From the NCBI GenBank assembly GCA_018303845.1, contig JAGVXH010000002.1, forward strand, positions 27,532 through 91,531: 64,000 bases of DNA. Direction: 5' to 3'. Positions within the stretch are counted from its first letter, which is position 1; every line of letters starts with the position of its first letter. This stretch comes from Candidatus Pacearchaeota archaeon (lineage in GTDB: Archaea; Nanobdellota; Nanobdellia; Pacearchaeales; GW2011-AR1). Position numbers and translations under genes: made by a program. The notes beneath the pieces were generated by a model. That model made no database searches. It saw nothing but the letters and a program-made list of their open reading frames with translations, and was not told where the DNA came from. Below are positions 58,668 to 64,000 of this stretch, in pieces.

Positions 58668-61532
58668 ATGACTTACATAAAAAAAATGACAATGCACGGG
58701 TTCAAATCCTTCGCAAGAAAAACCGAACTCCCATTTGACAACTCAATGAACGTAATCGTCGGACCAAACGGCTCCGGAAAATCAAACATCACTGACGCCC
58801 TCTGTTTCGTACTAGGCCGACTTTCAATCAAATCAATCAGAGCGGCAAGAGCTGCAAACCTCCTCTTCTCCGGAAACCAGACATACAAAGGATCCCTAGA
58901 AGCCTCAGTAGAACTAACCTTCGACAACACAGACAAAAGCTTCGCCATCGACTCAAAAGAAGTCGTAATAAAAAGAGCCGTAAGAAAATCCGGTCAATCC
59001 ATCTACAAAATCAACGATAAAATAAAAAACCGTCAAGAAATTTTAGAACTCCTCTCACAGGCCGGCGTAGACCCAAACGGATTCAACATAGTCCTCCAAG
59101 GCGAAATCCAATCCTTAGTCCAAGCAACGTCAGAAGAGCGAAGAAAAATAATAGAAGAAGTAGCTGGAATTTCAATTTACGAAGCAAGAAAAATAAAATC
59201 GATTAGAGAACTAGAAAAAACCGAAGAAAAACTCCACGAAGTTTCAACCGTCCTAAAAGAAAGAACCGCATATCTAAAAAACCTAGACAAAGAAAGACAA
59301 GAAGCGATATCTTATCAAAAATTAGAAGAAACAATAAAGCGATGTAAAAAAACACTACTGGTAAAAAACAAAAAAGGAAAAGAAGAAAATATAGTTGAAA
59401 TAAAAAAATCAATACAAGATATCGACAATGAAATAGAAAAAATAAAAAAATCAATACAAGAAAAAAATTTCAGAGTTGAAGAATTTCAAAACAAAATACT
59501 CGCAGTGAATAAACAAATCCAATCCTCAACTTCCAACGAACAAGAAGTGCTCCATAGAGAAATCTCAGACTTAAAAGCAGAACTAGCAGGACTAGATGTC
59601 CGACGTGAAAATTTTGAAAACAGGCTAACACAAGGAAAGAAAAAAACAGAAGATCTAAAAGAAAAAATAGAAAACCTCGGATTAGAAATGTCAAGGATAC
59701 AAACATCTTCACCAGAAATAAAAAAACAACAAGAACAACAAAAAATTCTAACACAGAAATTCGAAATACTAGAGCAACAAAGAAGAAAATTCTATATCTC
59801 AAAATCCGAGCTTTCAACCCTAGAAAATCAAAAACTCCAAAAAGAAAAATTCCTAATAGAATCCAAAAAGGAAGTCCAACTAATAGAACAAACCATCACG
59901 GCCCTCTTCAATGAAATAAAATACGAAAAAGCTCTAGGGCCAAACGAAAATTTAAAATTCGAAACAGGAGCCAAAATAGAAAAAACAACAGATCAAATAT
60001 TCGCCTTAGAAAGAGAAATATTAGAAAAAGAAAAAAGAAATGCAATACTAGAAATGGATGTCAAAAGAGAAGAAAAATTAAAATCCGACATAATAGCCCT
60101 TAAATCCTGTCCAATCTGTAAGCAAGAAGTAAGCGAAGATCACAAACATAAGATATCAACAAATGCAAACGAAAAAATAGAAAGTGCATCAAAAGAAGTT
60201 AAAACCAATCTAAAAATCAAAATAGAAGAGGCAGCAAGAGTAACTCATCTAAAAGAAAAACTTTCAGACCTAAGAACAAAACTAGAAGAAATAAGAATAG
60301 ATAGAATAAAATTAAAAAATTCAGACGAAAAGAAAGAAAGGATAAAAATACTTACCGAAAAACAAGAAGAAGTCTACGAAGAAATAAAATATTTAAACGA
60401 AAAAATCCACGCACAAAGAGCAATCTACGAAAAACTTACAGATATAGAAGAAAAATACGACGAAACAAGACTGGCCTTACAAGAAAATTCTTTCATAGAC
60501 ATGGACGTAGACACAGAAGTCCAAATCAAAAAACGAGAAATAGGAAGGCTCACACTAGACCTAAGAGCAACGGGGCGAGACATAGAAGAATCCCAAATAG
60601 AATTACGAAAAATAGAATTACGAATAACAGAAAAAGATAAAGAAGCCGTCAAAAAAGAAATTGAGGAACAAAAACTTTATGAAAAATCTCAAAAATTCTT
60701 CGACCTTAGAAACGAATTACAAGACCAACAAAAAGTAATAGAAACTGACATCATCGGACTCCAACATACTGTCAAAAATTTCGAAGACAAAATTAACTAC
60801 AACAAAATACAAAAGGCACAACTCGATGCACAGATAGAATCCCTAAACTCAGAGCTTGCTGAATTCACATCATTAGAAACCCTGCCACTATCAACTGAAC
60901 AACTAAAAGAACGTCTCCAGAAAGCCCAATTCGGAATATCAAGATTAGGAAATGTAAATATGCGGGCATTAGAAGTTTTCGACAAAGTAGAAGAACAAGT
61001 AAAAATAATAGAAGAAAAAGTAAAAGTCATCCAAGAAGAAAAAGAACAAATAGATAAAATAATACAAGAGATAGACAAGAAAAAAAAGAAATCTTTCCTA
61101 TCAACTCTTTCAGCTGTAAATGAATACTTCACCAGAAACTTCACACAACTTTCCAGAAAAGGCGAAGTAACCCTAGAATTGGAGAACAAACAAAACCCAT
61201 TCGAAGGCGGACTAAGCATACTAGTAAAAGTTTCCCACGGCAAACACTTCGATATAACATCCCTTTCAGGAGGAGAAAAAACAATGGTCGCACTTTCCCT
61301 AATCTTTGCAATCCAAGAATACAAACCCTATTGCTTCTATGTCTTTGACGAAATCGACGCCGCACTAGACAAACACAACTCCGAACTCTTATCGGCCTTA
61401 ATTAAAAAATACATGACAACAGGTCAATATATAGTAATTACGCACAATGACACCCTAATCTCCGAAGCTTCAAATCTCTATGGAGTATCAATGCAAGAAA
61501 ATATATCAAAGATTATCTCTTTGAAAGTATAG
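58668..61532 (+). CDS. smc: SMC-family chromosome protein, hinge-less with central CxxC
   Basis: GFKSF, GPNGSGKSNITDA, VLQG, GNVNMRA, LSGGEK, FDEIDAALD, ITH; CPIC at residue 481 of 954. Confidence 0.9.
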   Translation: MTYIKKMTMHGFKSFARKTELPFDNSMNVIVGPNGSGKSNITDALCFVLGRLSIKSIRAARAANLLFSGNQTYKGSLEASVELTFDNTDKSFAIDSKEVVIKRAVRKSGQSIYKINDKIKNRQEILELLSQAGVDPNGFNIVLQGEIQSLVQATSEERRKIIEEVAGISIYEARKIKSIRELEKTEEKLHEVSTVLKERTAYLKNLDKERQEAISYQKLEETIKRCKKTLLVKNKKGKEENIVEIKKSIQDIDNEIEKIKKSIQEKNFRVEEFQNKILAVNKQIQSSTSNEQEVLHREISDLKAELAGLDVRRENFENRLTQGKKKTEDLKEKIENLGLEMSRIQTSSPEIKKQQEQQKILTQKFEILEQQRRKFYISKSELSTLENQKLQKEKFLIESKKEVQLIEQTITALFNEIKYEKALGPNENLKFETGAKIEKTTDQIFALEREILEKEKRNAILEMDVKREEKLKSDIIALKSCPICKQEVSEDHKHKISTNANEKIESASKEVKTNLKIKIEEAARVTHLKEKLSDLRTKLEEIRIDRIKLKNSDEKKERIKILTEKQEEVYEEIKYLNEKIHAQRAIYEKLTDIEEKYDETRLALQENSFIDMDVDTEVQIKKREIGRLTLDLRATGRDIEESQIELRKIELRITEKDKEAVKKEIEEQKLYEKSQKFFDLRNELQDQQKVIETDIIGLQHTVKNFEDKINYNKIQKAQLDAQIESLNSELAEFTSLETLPLSTEQLKERLQKAQFGISRLGNVNMRALEVFDKVEEQVKIIEEKVKVIQEEKEQIDKIIQEIDKKKKKSFLSTLSAVNEYFTRNFTQLSRKGEVTLELENKQNPFEGGLSILVKVSHGKHFDITSLSGGEKTMVALSLIFAIQEYKPYCFYVFDEIDAALDKHNSELLSALIKKYMTTGQYIVITHNDTLISEASNLYGVSMQENISKIISLKV

Positions 61533-61620
61533 TTGCATGAACAATAGACGAAGGTTCCACCCTTCGACAAAATAAGTTCTTTGACTCCAGGGAACCTTTC
61601 TTTCTAAGAAAGGGAGCCTA

Positions 61621-61662
61621 ATGCAAGAAAATATTTCTAAAATAATCAGCCTAAAAATCTAA
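61621..61662 (+). pseudogene. Second copy of the smc 3' end
   Basis: Encodes MQENISKIISLKI* versus MQENISKIISLKV* at 61491-61532. Confidence 0.9.
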
Positions 61663-61678
61663 AAAATATTTAACTAAC

Positions 61679-62137
61679 CTAAGCTCCTTTCACCTTAACC
61701 GGATTCTTAGCACAAACAACATCAGAAGATGAGCCAACCAACTCTCCATCTAAAACGCCCAAGGCCTCGACTCTCTCAATAACTCCAGTCAAAACAACAT
61801 GCCCAGCAACAGAGCTGCCAGCCCAAAGACCAACGGCCGAATTAACAACATTAGAATCTCCCCCGGGGAAAATCCTAAACCTCAAAGAACTAATATTAAC
61901 ATTTCCCCTGTTTACCGCCTCAAACTCATAATCATCCCCAATCTTATCAACAACTACAACATCAAAATCAACGGCCCGACATAAAGCATCCGCGGAGACA
62001 CTCGACCTAATCTCCTCCCCCTTATCATTCACTAAGCCTCGTGCCCAAGCAAATACAACAGAAGACAAAACCAAAACAAGCAAAATCATAAGAACACTTG
62101 CAATCACAGGTGACAAACCACGCTTCCAAACTCCCAT
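61679..62137 (-). CDS. Orphan archaeal type IV pilin
   Basis: KRG/LSPVIASVLMI; resembles 12941-13396 (CRAVxF, NxG..NI). Confidence 0.85.
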   Translation of the reverse strand: MGVWKRGLSPVIASVLMILLVLVLSSVVFAWARGLVNDKGEEIRSSVSADALCRAVDFDVVVVDKIGDDYEFEAVNRGNVNISSLRFRIFPGGDSNVVNSAVGLWAGSSVAGHVVLTGVIERVEALGVLDGELVGSSSDVVCAKNPVKVKGA

Positions 62138-62255
62138 AAAATCAACAAGTATACCAACTTTATAAAACTACTTTCCCCAAGTCCCAAAGCACCTCTAAAA
62201 AATTTCAAGCCTTCAAAAGCGAAGGCAAAATAAAAAATAATAATCAAATTTGAAT

Positions 62256-63446
62256 TTAGTAGTAACTAGTCTCTACTTCTTCAATTGGCTTTTCTTTCTT
62301 TGTCAAAAGAACAACCAAAACAGCAAGAAGCACGACGAAGACAATAACCAAGATAACTGTCAAAGCAATAACAGAAGAAGACACAGAGCCTCCAACAACA
62401 TTAGCGCCAAAAACAGTTTGTTCACCATCAACATCTACAGAGAAAGTATAAGTTCCAACTTCAGCGTCCTTATCAGCAGTAACTGCAACAGGGACAATTT
62501 GACTAGCCTTTGGTCCAACAGTAACAACTGAGGGAACAGAAACACTCAAAGCATCTCCAGAAACACTGTTCAATGTAAAAACTTTAATATCATCTGCAGA
62601 ATTAACAATAACCAAATCATAAGTTACAGTCTCTCCACTCATCAAATTTTGATTCTTTACAGCAGCTAAAACAGTAGTAGATGCAGATCCACCGATACTA
62701 ACCAACTGCTTAACAGTTGTCTCAGCATCATCGTTATAGACCAAAACTTCCATCTCGTAAACCCCACTAGCAGCACTAGAAGGAATCTTCAGGTAAACAG
62801 TTCGGTACATAGAATCTTCTTCATCGTCATAATCTATATAGTCCTCAGCTGGGATTAAATCGCCAACATATCCTCGAGTAGAAACACTCAAGGCAGGAAT
62901 AGAAACAACAACATAAGCGTCATCCATCCTATTATATCCAGTGTTTTTTACAACAACAGAAACAGGAACAACATCACCAGCCTTAACTTTAGAAGAAAAA
63001 TCAACAGACTTAACTTCAAAAGTATATGACTCTCTCTGCATACTGATAGTATACCGAGCTTCACTCTGGTCATCCTTGGAAACAATTTCTACGTATAGAG
63101 TATATTTCTCAGACAAATCATCAGAATCAGTTGGTAACTTCAAGGCCAAAAGCTTAGTATAAGAAGAACCAGCCTCAATATCGAACCTATCAGTTTTGAC
63201 AGATACGTCGTCTCGGTGACCTTCCATGTAAACCTTAACCTTAACATCAGCAGCGTCTACATCAGCAGTGAATGTTACTCTAACAGGAACAACATCATCA
63301 ACATCGCCAACCATAGTGTTAGAGCTAGTCAAATCAACCCCGTTAAAATCAGTATCAATGTCACTAGCCAATCCAGCTGAAGCAAAAGCAACAACCATCA
63401 AAGTCATAACAGCCACGAAAGGAATCAAAAGTACATTTCTTTTCAT
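62256..63446 (-). CDS. Surface/S-layer-like protein with Ig (CARDB-like) folds and C-terminal TM anchor
   Basis: Signal peptide, VKNTG motif, C-terminal TM followed by KKEKPIEEVETSYY. Confidence 0.7.
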   Translation of the reverse strand: MKRNVLLIPFVAVMTLMVVAFASAGLASDIDTDFNGVDLTSSNTMVGDVDDVVPVRVTFTADVDAADVKVKVYMEGHRDDVSVKTDRFDIEAGSSYTKLLALKLPTDSDDLSEKYTLYVEIVSKDDQSEARYTISMQRESYTFEVKSVDFSSKVKAGDVVPVSVVVKNTGYNRMDDAYVVVSIPALSVSTRGYVGDLIPAEDYIDYDDEEDSMYRTVYLKIPSSAASGVYEMEVLVYNDDAETTVKQLVSIGGSASTTVLAAVKNQNLMSGETVTYDLVIVNSADDIKVFTLNSVSGDALSVSVPSVVTVGPKASQIVPVAVTADKDAEVGTYTFSVDVDGEQTVFGANVVGGSVSSSVIALTVILVIVFVVLLAVLVVLLTKKEKPIEEVETSYY

Positions 63447-63540
63447 TTTTTCATTTTGAATTTAGTTAAAATAATAACCCTCAAAACCTATATAAACCTT
63501 ACGTCTGTTGTAATTCCGGAGAGACGAAAAAGCTTAAAAA

Positions 63541-63556
63541 GTATACTTCGGTATAC
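63541..63556. promoter_or_regulatory. Palindrome GTATAC-TTCG-GTATAC between divergent genes
   Basis: Two GTATAC half-sites; candidate operator. Confidence 0.4.
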
Positions 63557-63585
63557 AACCTATTGTAAAAATAAGTAACAAAAAA

Positions 63586-63852
63586 ATGGCGAAGAAAAAA
63601 AATCCAGAAGAAAAAATTACGACGATAAAACTCTTAGAAGAAACAAAAATAAGAATTGAAAAATTAAGAGAGCATAAAAGAGAATCTTATGACGACATCT
63701 TAAAAAAAATTTTATACATATTAAACACAGCACGAGATTCTCCAGAAAAAGCAAAAAGAATATTAGAGAGAATATCTGAATTAAGAAACAGAATGTTAGA
63801 AGAGGAAAAACAACAAAAAGAAGATCTTAAAAAAGAAAACACTCTAACCTAA
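63586..63852 (+). CDS. Small RHH/antitoxin-like DNA-binding protein
   Basis: ITTIKLLEETK..IEKLR..KRESYDDIL followed by a helical tail. Confidence 0.65.
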   Translation: MAKKKNPEEKITTIKLLEETKIRIEKLREHKRESYDDILKKILYILNTARDSPEKAKRILERISELRNRMLEEEKQQKEDLKKENTLT

Positions 63853-64000
63853 TCCAACTCCTTCAACAATATCCGCCTCAACTTTTTCAATACTATTATT
63901 TCCGTTAACCCTCATAAACTTATACATCTTCAAAATCCTCTCCGTCTCTTTATGGTAAACCTTTAGTCTCTCCTTCAAAGCCTTCTCGTTATCATCCGCT
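63844..64000 (-). CDS. adk: Adenylate kinase, C-terminal part (runs off the window)
   Basis: ADDNEKALKERLKVYHKET...VNGNNSIEKV. Confidence 0.75.
   Translation of the reverse strand, partial: ADDNEKALKERLKVYHKETERILKMYKFMRVNGNNSIEKVEADIVEGVGLG

Overview
The window looks like chromosomal DNA from a small-genome archaeon. The archaeal-type Trm5, Dph5, ABCE1, TrmB, SRP RNA and A1:U72 initiator tRNA point to Archaea; a DPANN (Pacearchaeota-like) origin is inferred from gene content. It holds a type IV pilus locus with a HerA-like ATPase, an acs-OFOR operon, ileS, argS, a minimal pyruvate kinase and a 2298-aa Ig-repeat surface protein. It also holds a KaiC/hemerythrin/histidine-kinase signalling block flanked by a 47-bp direct repeat, cfa, a copper-export cluster, four tRNAs, rnhB and an SMC. 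Two signals stand out. (1) Conserved loci are repeatedly accompanied by a diverged second copy of part of themselves plus a hairpin-rich element. Three tRNA copies are each split in the T-loop by a 66-80 bp triple-hairpin element ending GTGTCCGAG[stem]CGAAGG. The trm5 and smc genes each carry a second, largely synonymously diverged 3' end. No enzyme that could do this is visible in the window. (2) The SMC has condensin-type heads but no recognisable hinge, and has a Rad50-like CxxC at its midpoint. Also seen: an attC-like site after an HD domain fused to dph5, a candidate UUCG-hairpin ncRNA, and in-frame 8-mer repeats inside housekeeping genes. All calls are by eye from motifs; no searches were run.
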